Assembly (NCBI RefSeq): GCF_026930045.1
Contig: NC_072731.1
Coordinates: 137,882,156-137,946,155, forward strand
From: Uloborus diversus
Taxonomy: Eukaryota
Direction: 5' to 3'
Length of the DNA: 64,000 bases
Below the pieces are notes generated by a model that ran no database searches, was not told the DNA's origin, and saw nothing but the letters and a program-made list of their open reading frames with translations. A program made the translations under genes and the position numbers. Below, in pieces: positions 1 to 13,370 of the stretch. Position 1 is the stretch's first letter, and each line of letters opens with the position of its first letter.

Positions 1-910
1 TGTGTTTCGTCTGACTGTTTGAGGCTTTTCTCAAGTCAAATCTTAAAGTAACGTTTTTCCACAAGATTGGCTAAAAATAAATGAATTTAGCTGATCATTT
101 TCCATTTAAACGGAAATTAAATGTAATTAACGGTTTTTTTTATTATTATCATTTATGCGGATTGGATACTTACTCACTATCCAATCAATCAGCAGAAATA
201 TCGCCAAAATTTTTGCATAAAGATTCTGTAGCTGATGCATTTGGTAGTTTTTTCAACTGTCGCTGTTTTTGAAGCCAAAGGTTACGTAATAATGTTTCTC
301 AGCTTACACCATGTAAACAAAATATCGCCAATCAGAGAATCTTTAAAAAAAACTTTTTTATATACTGTGGAAAATAATCCAGCAACTAAATAAGGAAAAT
401 CCATAAAGAGCAAAAAAACTTCCATAAATTTTCATTTTTGCACAATTTCAAACAATCGCCAAATTTTATTACTTATTTTGGAAATATTTCGTATGAAACC
501 GTTTAGCGCCATTTTATTTTGACCAAAAATATATCTCAGCATCTGGCGACAATATTTCTATAATAAAAATTATTAAGAGGAGGGAGTATTATCGAAGGTG
601 TCCCAAAATGATTCTCGCAAATTTGGTAACATTTTAAACCGCACTAAGTGCCCACAATAATTGAAATTTCCCCCCAAAAAAAACTAAAGCAAGGGTAAGG
701 GGAACACGGGAGGCAACATTTTTTAAAACAGTTGGTACATCAATAGCCATACAGAGAAGATTTTAGATATAAAAAAAAAAGTACTAACAGATAAATCTTT
801 TTAAACATGTAAAGTTTAATTTCATATTTCGGAAATTCTTCAAATTTGTATACGCTTAGATGTCGTGCTTTCGTTTTTAAATGAATACTATTTTGTTCTT
901 TATACTTAGT
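1..910 (+). repeat. Dispersed repeat family R1, copy A; truncated by the window edge and uninterrupted
   Basis: Positions 1-313 align at roughly 80% identity with 20520-20856, e.g. 'ttttcaactgtcgctgtttttgaagc...caccatg'. Positions 307-890 align with 24815-25340, e.g. 'atatcgcc...cttccat.aatt...tttgcacaatttcaaacaat.gc'. It works as an uninterrupted paralog of the B+C copy. Confidence 0.75.
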
Positions 911-1463
911 GCTATTTTAGTTTTATGAGTAAGGAAGAAGCTCGATTTTTAATCACGTCAAAAAGGTTTGTTTTTAATTCTTTCGCTTAAAACAGAAAAC
1001 AAGGGCAAGTAACGATTGTTTCTCATAACTATAACTGACCCGGGCAACGTCGGGTATTTTTGCTAGTCCTATCTATACCAAAATAACTACAAACGACCTA
1101 CTACAAATAATACAAATGATGTTTTTGCTTCAAGGTCATCCGCCTTCTTTTCGTGGTCAATCTATAGATGTGTGTTAGCCTCTAAATTAAGCAATCACAC
1201 TGAAATGAACGGAACACGCTCATCAGATATTTAATTTCCCCCTGATTTGGATAGACTGGTCTTGACAAGACGTTGCTAGAAAATTTCACTTTAAATTAAA
1301 TGGAGGAAAAAGAAAAAATAGTTGAATTTTCCACAACATTAAAAAAATAAAAAATTCTTTGCTTTTGTTTTGTTTGACACAAGTATCGGAATTAGGGCAC
1401 CCCATTCCAAAGTATGTAAGATTCACCTCCCTCTTATTTTTTTAATACTAAAAAAATTTACGT

Positions 1464-1640
<177 letters not shown>

Positions 1641-2399
1641 ATCCAGCCACAAAAAACAACGCAATAATTAACTTGTTTGTACCAAATGCAGAATTAAATT
1701 CTTTCAAGGGTGACTAAAATAGAAATTCATACTGAAATTTAAGTAAAAAATTTTATGTGAAAACAATAATTTCCTTTATTTTGTATTAAAAAGTAAAACA
1801 GCAAAGGTCCTCCCCCCCCCCCATTTTTTTTTCGAAAACATCGTCCAATTCCATTCCAAATCCACCATCACCATTTTCGATGTTTTTTAAGGCCGAAGGG
1901 CCGATGTTTTCTGCAAGTTAGCATTGGCTGCAGATGCCGATGACTAAATTGTTGAACCATCGGCGCCGATGTATCGGCCGGGTCGATGCATCAATCGGTC
2001 GAGTCCTACTTATTATTGCAGTAAGTGATGGCTTCCACTGAACTCTTTTGAGTCAGTATATATCACCCATTTTTTGTGTGTGGATTGAGCTATTGATTGT
2101 AAAGATGTAAGCTTTTATTTCTGAAGTAAATACCGAGCAAGATGGGTTTAATTTTTCTGCCATAACTTAATCATTAATTATAGTACAAAAGCCGACATGA
2201 TCGCTTGTTTTTGATCCGTCAGTGAAAATGTCTTTATAATCAGAATACTTGCTTTTGATATCATGAAAGATTTGTTGATAAACTGTATTAGCGGTGGAAT
2301 TTAGAGAAGTCATTGATTATTGAAGGAATTACTTCACACCATGGTTTATTAGTTTGATTGTGTTGTGAGTTTTGAAATCTGATAGCTGCAGGTCTAAGA

Positions 2400-2960
2400 G
2401 CACCCGACGCATTCGGATCCCAAATGTTGGGGTCATCGAATGATAATGTAGAAATAAAACAACATTAGATGGATTAAAAATATGGAGATGTAGTGGGTGA
2501 TTAGTGCAAGGTTTTATTTTGAAGTGAAAAATTTAAAGAAAGTTTGAGACGTCTATTGTTTAGAGATTGTTCATGTGCAAGGATATATAAACTGTTGATA
2601 GGTTCGGAAGGCTCCTGTGCAGATGCGCATTGCCTGATTATGTATTGGGTCCAGGCCTTTAGATAGCTTTTCGCTGCAGAGCCATAAAGTTGGCATCCAT
2701 AATCGAGTTTTGAGCGTATAAGAGCCCTGTAGATTCTTTAAAGAGACTCTGTATCAGCTCCCCAAGAAGTTTTTGCTAAGACTTTAAGGATATTTAATTT
2801 CAATAAACATTTTTTTTCTTAGCTCTTGTATGTGCGGTATAAATTTAAATTTTTTATCAAGTGTAAGACGATCAAAAAGATGGAAATCAAAGGGAGGCAA
2901 GTCTGGATTGTGATGGGCGGACAGCATGCATCACGAACATCTGTACGCCTTTCTTCAAAG
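2400..2960 (-). mobile_element. Non-LTR retrotransposon (LINE) ORF2 C-terminal remnant, decayed
   Basis: The minus-strand translation gives '...LKVLAKTSWGADTESL*RIYRALIRSKLDYGCQLYGSAAKSYLKALDPIHNQALRICTGAFRT...'. This matches the conserved post-RT block of CR1/jockey/I-type LINEs (consensus IYRALIRSKLDYG..VYGSA.KS.L..LD.IHN.ALRICTGAFRTSP). Stop codons and frameshifts appear on both sides. Confidence 0.7.
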
Positions 2961-3315
2961 TTTCAACACCATTTTCTCACGTGACTGTTATTCATGAAAG
3001 TTTTTTCGTACACGTATCGCATCTGGCGATGAATGTATGCTGCATTGCCCCCTCCCCCTCAGCATGCAGAAATCGTGTGACATCATACAACTTGAAATTT
3101 ACAATTCGCGGGAGATTCTATCATTCCAAAGATATTTAAGTGCTTGCTACGCACTGAGAACTGACAACTACAACCTGGAGTGATAGACGGACATTAAGTA
3201 TACTAGAGACACTGCACATCACATGCGCCCGCCTCTGATTACAACATGCAGAGGAAGACAAATAAAACAGCTACCTTGCAGTCAGTGACATGAAGAAGAG
3301 GTCAAGGTAGGGGTT

Positions 3316-3400
3316 CACACCTGGGTCAGGGGTCATGGCGCAGTTTGCGGTTTGCGCCATTAAAATTTTTGAAGTGGTTGTTTTAGCGATATATATATAT
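3316..3400 (+). repeat. Copy of small repeat family R8 with an 'atggcgcag.ctgcgccat' palindromic core
   Basis: 'caggggtcatggcgcagtttgcggtttgcgccattaaaattttt' resembles 41425-41480 and the reverse complement of 32690-32740. Confidence 0.45.
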
Positions 3401-5904
3401 TTTTTCTTTCGTGTGCTCTCGCTCTCGGGGGAGAGAGTCTTTGTGGTATTTGAAGGGGGCGCGCTATTCAGGGGTGGATACAGACTACCTTTTGTGAGGG
3501 AAGGGGGACATGCTCAGGAATAACTCCCTCCCCGACGAGCGAGCCTACGGTTTGGGGAGGGGGGAGCATTACTGTTGCTTAGGTGTCAGTAAAAAGCTCC
3601 GATTCGGCCAGGAGTGATGCACCCAATGGGGTAAAAACGTTACAAGTTAATTTAATAAGCAATAAAAAGAAATATATTTCAAATACTTACTTTACATTTT
3701 TTTTATAAATTAAAAATATTGCTGCGATCGTTTACATTTTTTTCATAAATTGTTTGAACATAACGTGAATGTACAAGGGTGTCGATGGTTTAGGGGATGA
3801 TGACCCCCATGACCCTCCCCCTGTATCTGCCACTAGCGCCATTGCTCTTGAGGTCATGGGAACTCCTCCATAATGTGTAGTAATACTAACCTTAAAGCGG
3901 GGGAAATTTAGATGCTAAAATCTGATGAAAATCGAATAAGCAGTTGAGAAAAAGGTTATATATTTATCACAGTGAAACATAAATTAAAAACTCTTTCTCT
4001 GTTTGCCTGCCAACATCGATAAACTCGAGTTGCATTTTGAGCGAATGTATTACTTAGAAACAGCTCTGCTTCATTGACGATAAATCTTATCAAAAAATTT
4101 CAATTATGGATGGCCAAAAATTAGCTTTATGTTTTTTAGGTATGAAGTAAGGTGCACAAACTAATTAATCAGGCGAATTTCTGAAAAGTAAAAAAAAAAC
4201 GGGGGGGGGGAGAAAAGACTGGTAGTGGTTAGATTTCTGAAAAGTCAAAATCGACGAAAATATGATCATTGATATTGGTTCACATTAATGTCTTTCAGCG
4301 GATGACAACAATTTAACGAATGCTGACATTCTAAGCATTGTATCAAAAAAAAAAAAAAGAAAAGAAAAAAAAGCCTAAACTACGAGACTAAATGATGTAA
4401 CTAATAAAAAGGCAAATAAAAAAAGTATGTATCGTAAAGACACGTGATTTTTCTCTTTTACTTTCTAAACTGGCACTACACCGGCACGTTTTCTCTCCCT
4501 ACACACTCTTGCTCTTCCTCCGCCTGACTCAGGCATATTCACAACAAAATTGAAAAAGAAAATAGATTATAAACAACGAGAAAATACTCGAAATCTGCTT
4601 TGTAGTTGTTCCCCAAAACAATTAAATATAACAGTAATAATAAATTTAATTTTGTTAATAAAGGTTAACAAACTTATTTCTTGTCTGAACATTAGATCAT
4701 GATTTTAAACTGATGACTTGACTTGAATGAAGGAAATCTTCACTAACCTACATTATTTAAAAAGTCTAAAATGCTCAAAATAAATAAATTATATGCTTGC
4801 GTGAGTTCAGACTTGAAATTAATTTGTTAAATTTAAGCAACAAAATTAACTTAATAATTACTATTATTTTTCATTGTTCTGTCAACAACTAAAACGCAGA
4901 AGTTTTTAATTTTAGTAATTACTACTGTTTTTCATTCTTTTTGGCAACAATTAAAACAGCAACTACGTCACTTCCGTCACACAAAAAGGTTGCGGATCAG
5001 AAGTTCAAAGCCCTTCGCCGAAAAAGTTTCACTTTAAAAATAAGATTATAATAAAAGACACTAAATTTGTAATAAAAACTACATTTTACGAACAATTATG
5101 CATGGTATAAATTTTAGTGAACCAGAGTTGCTTTAAAATCGTGCAATGTATAACATTTAAAAACCGAACCATAAAAACAATAAAACACGTGTTATAAATA
5201 TTTTCGAAGTGTGCTGTGGACAAACATTTGACAATTTAAATTAGTTGAGATCTATTTTTGGATTGATAGTGATCGTTAATTCGAGTATCAAATATAGTGC
5301 TATAAATGTAATGACACTTACTTCATATAAGCATGCTGTCTTGTAAAGGAACTTTACACGGTCGCTTAAAATCCAATAAAACGTTTTCAATCGTTATCCG
5401 TTACCTGCGAAACTTTTAGCGCAAGTAGCTATGTTTAAAACTTTTGGATCGTCTGCTCTTCGGGAGATAAAAGCAGCGCCATCTCGTTGACGTAAAACCG
5501 TAACATGCCACTTCTACGTTGCATTATGAACGAGTTATGTTCCATTTTTGTCTTCCTTGTGACAAAGGGCATATCAAATTGTATGACAGCTTGAGTTCTA
5601 AGAAAGCCAACGAGTAGAGAGAATGTCATTATTTCAAACAATGTTGATCGGTCGGCATTTGTCTTTTCATCGACTATGATTTTTTTTTTTTACATTGATT
5701 CAAATTTGTATCACTTCTGAGAAAATAAGAAAGAAAACTGGAAAAGTATTGCACATGCTACTATTATATTACTTCTTGAACACTAACGATGCCAGGGGAG
5801 CCAACGAGGGTTCTTGAAATTTAAAGGTTAAATTTAGAATATTTTTGATCTCATTTAAGGCTGCTCTCATTTTGTGGGATGCTATTCCGTAGTATTTGAG
5901 GGGG

Positions 5905-5942
5905 CAGTGGCGTAGCTAGACCCGACTTTCGGGGGGGTTACT

Positions 5943-6013
<71 letters not shown>

Positions 6014-6133
6014 CGCTTGGAATTTTTTCCTTTTCTTCTTCTTTCTCATCTCTCTTCTTTTTCTCTTTTGAGACTAACGTTTCGGGGGAGGTTTTGTCCC
6101 CAAACCCCCCCCCCCTTAGCTACGCCCCTGTGA
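5905..6133 (+). mobile_element. MITE-like element with inverted termini enclosing a (TA)31 microsatellite (5948-6010)
   Basis: The left end 'ggcgtagctagacccgactttcggggggg' (5909-5937) and the right end 'cccccccccccttagctacgcccctg' (6105-6130) form an imperfect inverted repeat. The TA tract sits between them. A second, partial copy lies at 1585-1640. Confidence 0.55.
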
Positions 6134-6369
6134 GGGGGTGCGGTACACCATCACTCTTGGGGGGATGGACTCGTCTGGTGACGCACAATGCCCTTTTCTC
6201 CTTAGTCGGTTAAAATCGACTAAGGACCGACTTCTTCTCTTTAGTCGTAATTTCAAAAGTGTACCGTTGAAGAAGTGCACTAAACGGGACATTTTCAAGT
6301 TTTGAGTAAAACGCGTTTAAAGTTGCGGCGGTTGGTATAGGCATTCATCTAATTCTTTTTTCAAAAACT

Positions 6370-6600
6370 TGCTGTATAGCAGCACCTACCAGGGCCGCTA
6401 GTACTGTGGTACTACCTCTTGCCCCAAGACAGAGGAGGGGTTAACCTACCATTTGTAATGGTTATCTCCAAATTTTTAATTTTGGCACTTACATCCCTTT
6501 GCTTCTCATTGCCTTATATGCTTTTGAAAGGATTATGAGATAGTAAAGAAAATAATCTTCATAAGTAAATAAATACAATAGGGATTGGCAAGCAATGCTC
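6370..6600 (+). repeat. Dispersed repeat family R6, copy 1
   Basis: 'cagcacctaccagggccgctagtactg...cctcttgccccaagacagaggaggggtt...ttatctccaaatttttaatt.tg.cactt.catc.ctttgcttct' matches the reverse complement of 41880-42080. Confidence 0.65.
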
Positions 6601-6899
6601 TAAGACAGGGGTTTTCAATCTGGAGAGGCACATAAAAAATCTGGCACAATTAGCAATAATAGTTCCAGAAATATTTAACGCTCTGTTATTCCTTTCGTTG
6701 CTAATTGCACTAGATTTTATGTTTTACCGAAACTATACAGAGCTAGTTTTCCTATCAAGCCTATTGCTTCCACTATTGATACAGCTTCTCATTGAGTTGC
6801 TAAATATTTGGTGTCAGTGTTTTCTCCTCTTAAAAGACAGAATTTATTCACAATAAAAAAGTTCTACTGTTTTGTGTTTAAAACACCCATAATTTCGGA

Positions 6900-7260
6900 C
6901 AAAATAGCTCTTTTATGGCTCCTTTTGATGTTAAATCCTTGTTCACTAACGTTCCGGTTGAGGGCTCTTTGGTACACCTTAAGTATGGATTTTTTGAATT
7001 TCATTTTGCCTGTAAGGAATTTGAGGAATTTATTTTTCTTACTTGTATCTGTTTAGAACAATGTTCTTTTGTTTTTAATGGTAAATTTTATGCTACGTCA
7101 GACGGTCTGGTTATGAGAAACCCACTTTTCCCCATTCTTAATGCCATTTAAATGCATTACATTGAAGTTAAGTTATTCCGAAAATTAGTTTCCATTTTAT
7201 GTTCGCTATGCTGATGACTGTTTCGTACTTTTGAGCAAAACAGTTCGTTTCTTTGTTCAT
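6900..7260 (+). mobile_element. Reverse-transcriptase domain remnant, most likely Penelope-like (PLE) or another non-LTR RT; frameshifted
   Basis: ORF 6915-7151 carries the RT motifs 'FDVKSLFTNVP' and 'FxFNGKFY...G..M..PL.PILN'. In a shifted frame, 7195-7225 encodes 'RYADDCFVL', the catalytic YxDD box. There is no intact ORF, so this is a pseudogenised TE. Confidence 0.7.
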
Positions 7261-8689
7261 TTTCATTTCATTATATTGTTCTGAATATCTTACTTTTGAT
7301 TATCGACTCACCAACCTATAGTGTGACTCTCATAAGTTGAGCAATGCCCTTGACAATGGTTGCCTCTTTTTGGAGCGTTCAGAGGAATAGGGACGCGTTA
7401 AACTATTACGAAAATTCACCTTTCAACTCATGGCCAACAACCTTTCCTTGTTTCCTAAAAAATAAGTAAACATTCACAAGTCCCCCCCCCCCACATAGCC
7501 CAACTTATCAGAACCACACTAATAATCAAAAATATTCTGCTTTCAACATGTTTGTTTCGTGCTGTAAACTTTTGCTCCTCATTTAAACTTCTTAATGCGG
7601 AACGTAACCACCACATTTTTCATTTTTCCTTTTTTTTTTTTTACCATCTATTGTATTTTAGCTTTATTGTGCAAGCTTGCTTATTTGGTTTCCGCTGAAA
7701 AATAGAGCACGAAACATACATCAAATTCCAGCAATTCCCAACTGTCAGTATGGAATCCCAAATGTGTTTCCTCAACTATCCCAAAAACTCATTTCTGTCG
7801 GTACTGCCCTTTACCTTCCCGCGCTTGTGTGGCTATTGATGGTAACTTTGAGACATTAGTTGAATCCATTTATAAAAACTTGCCAAAAAAATCTCAAAAG
7901 AAAATTCTTAGCAGATCTTTTAACATCAAGAATTTGGTTCTTTTGCTATTCTTTTCCTCTTTTAGTTTACAGGTTGCTAAAATCAGGTTGTTAAGCGATC
8001 CCAATTCGAGGCGGGAGTTTTTCCTATTGATAAATTTTCGTTCTCTTCTTTTACAGATTTTATTCATCCTCTTGATTGTTGTGCAATTTATAATTTTAAC
8101 AGACAATGTGGTCTTGCCAACATTGGACAGAAACTTAAAAGGGCTAGCATTGCTCAAAACTTTTGGAATTCAAATCACTGTTCTGATTACAGTTCTTATC
8201 AAATTGTCCAAAAATGACCTTATTCATCAGAGCTTGATTTTGGGGAATGATGAATCGTTGTAATTTATATACCGATCTTCGAGTAACTCTTTATTTTTCT
8301 TCAGATTGATTACTTTTTTTTATTTGTTCTTGCGTTCACTGTTTTTTTTTCTTATTTTTTTTAATGATTTTATTCATGTAACTGGTATCTTTCCGCTCCG
8401 TCATTCTTAATTAGTGTTATTTGTCTGTATATTTCAAGTTTCTTAACTTTATTTTTAAGTTTTCTGCATATATGTTTCGTTCTTTTCTCATTTAATTTCA
8501 ATTGTTTTTCCTCAATCTGTGTTTTCTCCTTTTCTCTGATATCTTTTTTTTTTTTTTTTTTGAGCAATCACGATTGCTCATTGCTTTCATTTGACTGTTT
8601 CTGGCGTTCCTATGATTTTATTTTCCCGCCAGCACCCTCTGCAGCATCACCGTCGACTGGCTCCTCACGATGCTGCTCCTCTAGCGAAA

Positions 8690-9010
8690 GCCGTCTCGAG
8701 ATTGCGTACATATCTTACACACATCCGCATACATACACACACCTACACGCACACATATATACATACACCTACACACAAACACACACACGCATACATACAG
8801 ACACCTATGCATACACACACACACACAAACACATACACACATGCATACAGACACCTATACATACACACACAAACACATACACACATGCATACAGACACAC
8901 AAATACATACAACACCCACAGATATCCCCCCCACACACAAACACCTAACTACCCATACACTCATGCCTAACTACACAAACACACATGACTACATACACAC
9001 ACACACACAC
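8690..9010. repeat. Imperfect compound (CA)n/(CATA)n microsatellite block of about 320 bp
   Basis: CA-rich degenerate dinucleotide and tetranucleotide repeats. They generate the His/Thr-rich artefact ORFs 8560-9016 and 8743-8964. Confidence 0.9.
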
Positions 9011-9319
9011 TCTTGATTGCGAAAAACATAATTTGAATTCAACATGTCAAAATTCAAATAATTTTTTTTTCTACTAATTTGTTTTTTGATTCTCGTACTT
9101 AAGTGAATTACAGCTGGTAAAACTAAATACCCGGTTGAACAGAGACTGGTTGCTGTACTATGTACAGTACGTATATTTCCGTGGCAAGTTCAATGAATAC
9201 TAATTCATATTTTAGTTTTTGTTTCGTTGCAAAAAAAAAAAAAAAAAAGAGTCCAAACACAGAGTCGTGTAGACATTCATATCGTATCAAGGTCTGCTGA
9301 CCAATATTAGTAGTTCATC

Positions 9320-9658
9320 TTTACTAATAATAAAGCTGAAAGTCTCTCTGTCCGGATCTCTGTCAGTCAGGATCTCTGAGACGCGCATAGCGCCCAGACC
9401 ATTCGACCGATTTTCATGAAATTTGGCACAGAATCAGCTTGTAGCATGGGGGTGTGCACCTCGAAGCGATTTTTCGAAAATTCGATGTGGTTCTTTTTCT
9501 ATTCCAATTTTAAGAACAAAATTATCATAAGATGGACAAGTAAATTACGAAATTATCATAACGTGGAACCGTAACATGGGCACAAGCCAATTGGCGAGAT
9601 ACGAAAATATCATAATATGGAACTGTAACATGGGTACAAGCCAACTGGCGAGAAAATT
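9320..9658 (+). repeat. Dispersed SINE/MITE-like repeat family R3, copy 1, with an internal 45-bp tandem duplication at 9555-9655
   Basis: 'tactaataataaagctgaaagtctctctgtc.ggat.tctgtc...gaccgattttcatgaaatttg...ggggtgtgcacctcgaagcgatttttcgaaaattcgat...tttaagaaca...ccataagatggac..gt.aattacgaaattatcat.acgt.gaaccgtaacatggg' recurs at 48701-49010 in the same orientation. Confidence 0.75.
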
Positions 9659-11965
9659 CACCACACATTATTTGTAAATATACAGGCGAACCAAAAGACC
9701 ATTAAAATTTTCTATTACGGGCTAAGCCGTGCGTGTACCACTAGTTTCTTTATAAAAATAAAAGCAAAACTGAGGAAGATGAAATTACAATTTGTATAAA
9801 AGAAGTTATCTCCTTTCCTGAGATTTACTGTAACTAGAGCTGGAATGCTTTGGAAAGAGCTACTTTGACTGACCACACGCCGAGTTTATAAAAAAGGTAT
9901 TTTTGCCATTTCCAGCTCTTAAAAAATAAAAGAATAAATAAACAAGAAAAAGAAGAAAGGAATAAATATTGCATTGTTTTAATGGAGAATTTTTCAGGAC
10001 AAGCGAATAGTTCGCAAAATCGTAAGTGTTCGTAAATTAGAGTTCGTTCAGGTCATTTTGCACACATTTTGTCACATTTTTACGAAAATATTTGCACTTT
10101 ATTCTTAGAATTTTAAACCTTGGCTTTTAATTCCTGTATTTGTATATGAGGAATTATCAGGTATTATATCGTAATATAAAGTATCTATCAGCTTTCTTAA
10201 CATTTTCTTGAAATGAAAAGAAAAAACCTTTTTTGAAAGTTGGCACTTAATATTACGAGAAATTTCGATTATTTAATTTGTATTACGAGAATTTCAAATT
10301 TCTTGATTAAAATGCAAACATGTGTGTAAAAGTGTCCCATCCGATCAAACGGATAGAACAAGTTTGCGTAAAATCGAGTTTCAACTGCATTTTTGACCAA
10401 AAAAAAAAAAAAAATAGACAACTGAACGATCCGCTGCTGAATGTGTTGAGGAGCTCGACTAAGCACGAAGTCGCTCTTTTCTTTCTGCAGATATGCTGGA
10501 TGAAAATAGCTGCTTCATAAAAAGCGAGCTCTGCTTGTTTATCGGGAGCACTTCCTTGATGGACCAGACCAGAAATCCTCAGAACTCCCCCTTTTTAAGA
10601 TCCATAAAGATGTGCTTCAAAGCACCCCCCTCAGCTCTCCCGCCTCCTTCCAAACTTGGAACAAGGTCTATTATTGACGCCTATAGTGTTTACTGGAAGA
10701 AGGGATGATTTTGTTACGGCTGCTTTGTTTCGTTATGATTCAGTTTGTTTGAATTTCGGAGCAGCGTTTTAGAGCAGTCTTAAAGAAACTCTCGGATAGT
10801 TTTATCCAAATATGAAATTGTCAGTGATGTGGTTCACTTTTTGTGGAAATTTACATAAAATATGTCACGTTTTAAATTCAACAATTGCAGAGAACTGCAT
10901 ACACGTGTTTCGGCGCTATAAAGAAACCTTTTTTCAACGCAAAAGATGCTTACGTTAAGGGACAGTAATTACATTTTCCTCTTAAATTTAAGTTTAAAAC
11001 TAACTAAATTTGTTTAAATAGTTTTTTCCCTTTTGATTTGTATACTTAAGTGGGGAAATATTTGGCACGGTAAAATAGCGAGGCAAAATGAAGTGGTGAA
11101 ATACAGTAGACCTTCGTTTTACGAGGAGGTTCCGTTCCACGGAAATGCCGCGTAAATCGAAACCGCGTAAATTGAGACCTAATATTAGTGTTAAAATAGG
11201 GGTTTGGTTCCGTAGATAACAAAATACTTCATTCTAGTGATGACTAATTGTATAATAAGTTTAATGTGTAATATCGACTTTTATACACAACATGCCTAAA
11301 GAAAACATAAATTAATTTCGTGCCTTGTTTATAAAGAAGAGCTGGCTATGATAGTCTTTTGGCAGTCATTAAGAATTTTTCCATGTAATTCATTGCAGAG
11401 CATTTACGTATTCATGATCACTTGCGTCATTTCCATGATAGAATCTTTCTTCATTAACAAATCAGAAAGATAATTTCTATTGTCTAGGAATAATGACTCG
11501 AATTTTTTAATGTGAACGTTTTTGGTTGTGCGTCACTGACTTCGTTGGTTTTGGCCTCCTTTGTCACTCCTAAAAGCTCTTCTTCCAGTAAGTTCTGAAC
11601 TGTGTGAGTTCAATAACTTTACTTCTGGAAAGAGCTCTGGAACCAATCGCATAAAATGTCTACAGTGGCTCAAGCTCGATTATTCGCACGCCAAAATGCA
11701 GTTGATTACGCATAATCTGCTATTTTTAAGAGTTTGAATTTTGAAAGAGGGGAAAATTTTATCTCTTTGCACTGCCGCATCCGCGTAAAACCGAAACTCG
11801 CATACAATAAAATAAAGGTGTCAAATCTTAAACCGCGAAAAATCGAAGCCGCGTAAAAAAAAACCGCGTAAACGAGGGTCTACTGCATTTACTCTATTTT
11901 TTGAGCACCTGCCTGGTAATATTTTAACCGTGTAGTACCGCTTGTAGTCTATTCCCGCCTAGAAA

Positions 11966-12215
11966 GTTATCTCTGATGATCAAACATCTAGAGATCTCTT
12001 AATTTAATTTTTGAATAGTGGTCAGTTTATTTCCAAGTATATTTACCCTTTATCAGTAAGATAAATAAATACCTTTGTGCTGAACAGTAAAGTAAGAAAA
12101 AACAACGTCAAAAAAGCACAAATTGCAAATTGCTGTAGGCACGTGGGCTTTTGCCGGATGTCTTTTCATCCATAAGCTCATTACTTTTTGCATTGAAAAA
12201 GGCGTTCCCAGAAAA
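11966..12215 (+). repeat. Direct repeat, 250 bp, copy 1 of 2; the partner is at 13371-13604
   Basis: 'atctagagatctcttaatttaatttttgaatagtg.tcagtttatttccaagtat.tttaccctttat.agtaagataaataaatacctttgtgctgaacagtaaagtaagaaaaaaca.cgtca.aaaagcacaaattgcaaatt.ctg.aggcacgtgg.cttttgccggat.tcttttcatccataagctcatta.tttttgcattgaaaaa.gcgttccc' is about 93% identical between the copies. The two flank 1155 bp. Confidence 0.85.
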
Positions 12216-12654
12216 AAAAAAAAAAATTCTGACTTGAAGTTGATTAAGGCGAACAACCTCATGGATCTAATGTGATTCAGAACCAAGAGATAAGTAAGAA
12301 GAAGAAGAAAAAAAAAAGCAATTTTCAAAAAAAAAAAAAAAAAAAATGATACTCATATATTGTAATATATTGTGCAAGTCAAAAACTATTTTTGTTATTA
12401 TAACATAATAAAGTTCTTACATATTATTTGAGATCTACTAGTATTCAGTACAGTATTTATTTATTTGATGTTAAACCAAGCCGAGTGGAGCTGCAGCAAC
12501 AGCTCATGAAGGCCAAGGCCTACTGTGCCCATCTCAGCTTTCTTGACCGAGGATTCTGGGGAGCAGTGCAGATGTTCCAGTTAGGTGTTCAGTCGAACAC
12601 GGAACTACCAGGGTTTAGTTCCCAAGCACGCTTTGCACTCATTTTATCGATCCA

Positions 12655-12740
12655 CTAAAGCAGAGGTTCCCAACCTGTGGGTCACGACCCCCAAGGGGTT
12701 CGTGAAGCATTTCTTATGGGGTCGCAACATTATTCCTACA
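12655..12740 (+). mobile_element. 5' terminal fragment of a hAT-type non-autonomous element resembling the SPIN/OposCharlie terminus
   Basis: 'gcagaggttcccaacctgtgggtcacgacccccaaggggttcgtgaag...ggggtcgcaacattattcc' resembles the widely distributed terminus 'cagtggttctcaacctgtgggtcgcgacccc...'. I am recalling that terminus from memory and have not verified it. Confidence 0.4.
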
Positions 12741-12829
12741 TTCAAAAACATATCATTGCATAATTGAAAAACTAAAATGCTTTAGTTTAGGGGCTGCAAT
12801 CTCTACAAATTTCCGCAAAAAGAGTCCTG

Positions 12830-13270
12830 AATTCCCTCCTTCTAACATCACCCAAAATTGTCTAAAATTTCGTTTTTGGAACTTCAATTCCGAATAATTT
12901 CTGTGAGAGATTCTATAATCCCAACCCTTATCCTGAAAAGTGTTCTGCATTTGCCTTTTTAAAACTTAATTTTGATTATATTCCCGGGAAAAGTCCAGAA
13001 TAACTCCCTGTCCTTTAACTTAGTCAAAAATAGCCAAGAAATGGGTTTTTAGGATTTCAATTTCAAAAAAAATTCCAGGGGAGTGCCTGCTGATCCTATT
13101 CACATAGTTAGAGATCATATGAACTCTAGATTTTAGAGCTTATACTTCAAAAAAAAAAAAAAAAAAATCCGGGTGAGGGTCTCCGAACATTTTCCCATGT
13201 CATCAAAGATAACCTACTATTCTGTTTTTTGGACTTAAATTTCAAATAAGTTCGTTGGGAGTACCGTAAA
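12830..13270. repeat. Minisatellite array of ~95-100-bp units, about 4.5 units, array 1 of 2
   Basis: The repeated unit is roughly '..aaaat.gtctaaaattt.cgttttt.gaacttcaattccgaa.aa.tt.c.gg.gag.g.ctccgaa..'. The same family recurs at 14690-15140. Confidence 0.7.
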
Positions 13271-13370
13271 CGCGTGCTATACCTTGAACCAGATTTGTAG
13301 CTTTTCTCATTCTTTTCTGAATAATTTTGGAACTACTCATGTTTCCAAGCTGTGGAAACTTGTTTTATAC

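Noticed and set aside
8560-9016. Overlapping 136-aa and 141-aa His/Thr/Tyr-rich ORFs
   Set aside because: They are translations of the (CA)n/(CATA)n microsatellite block.
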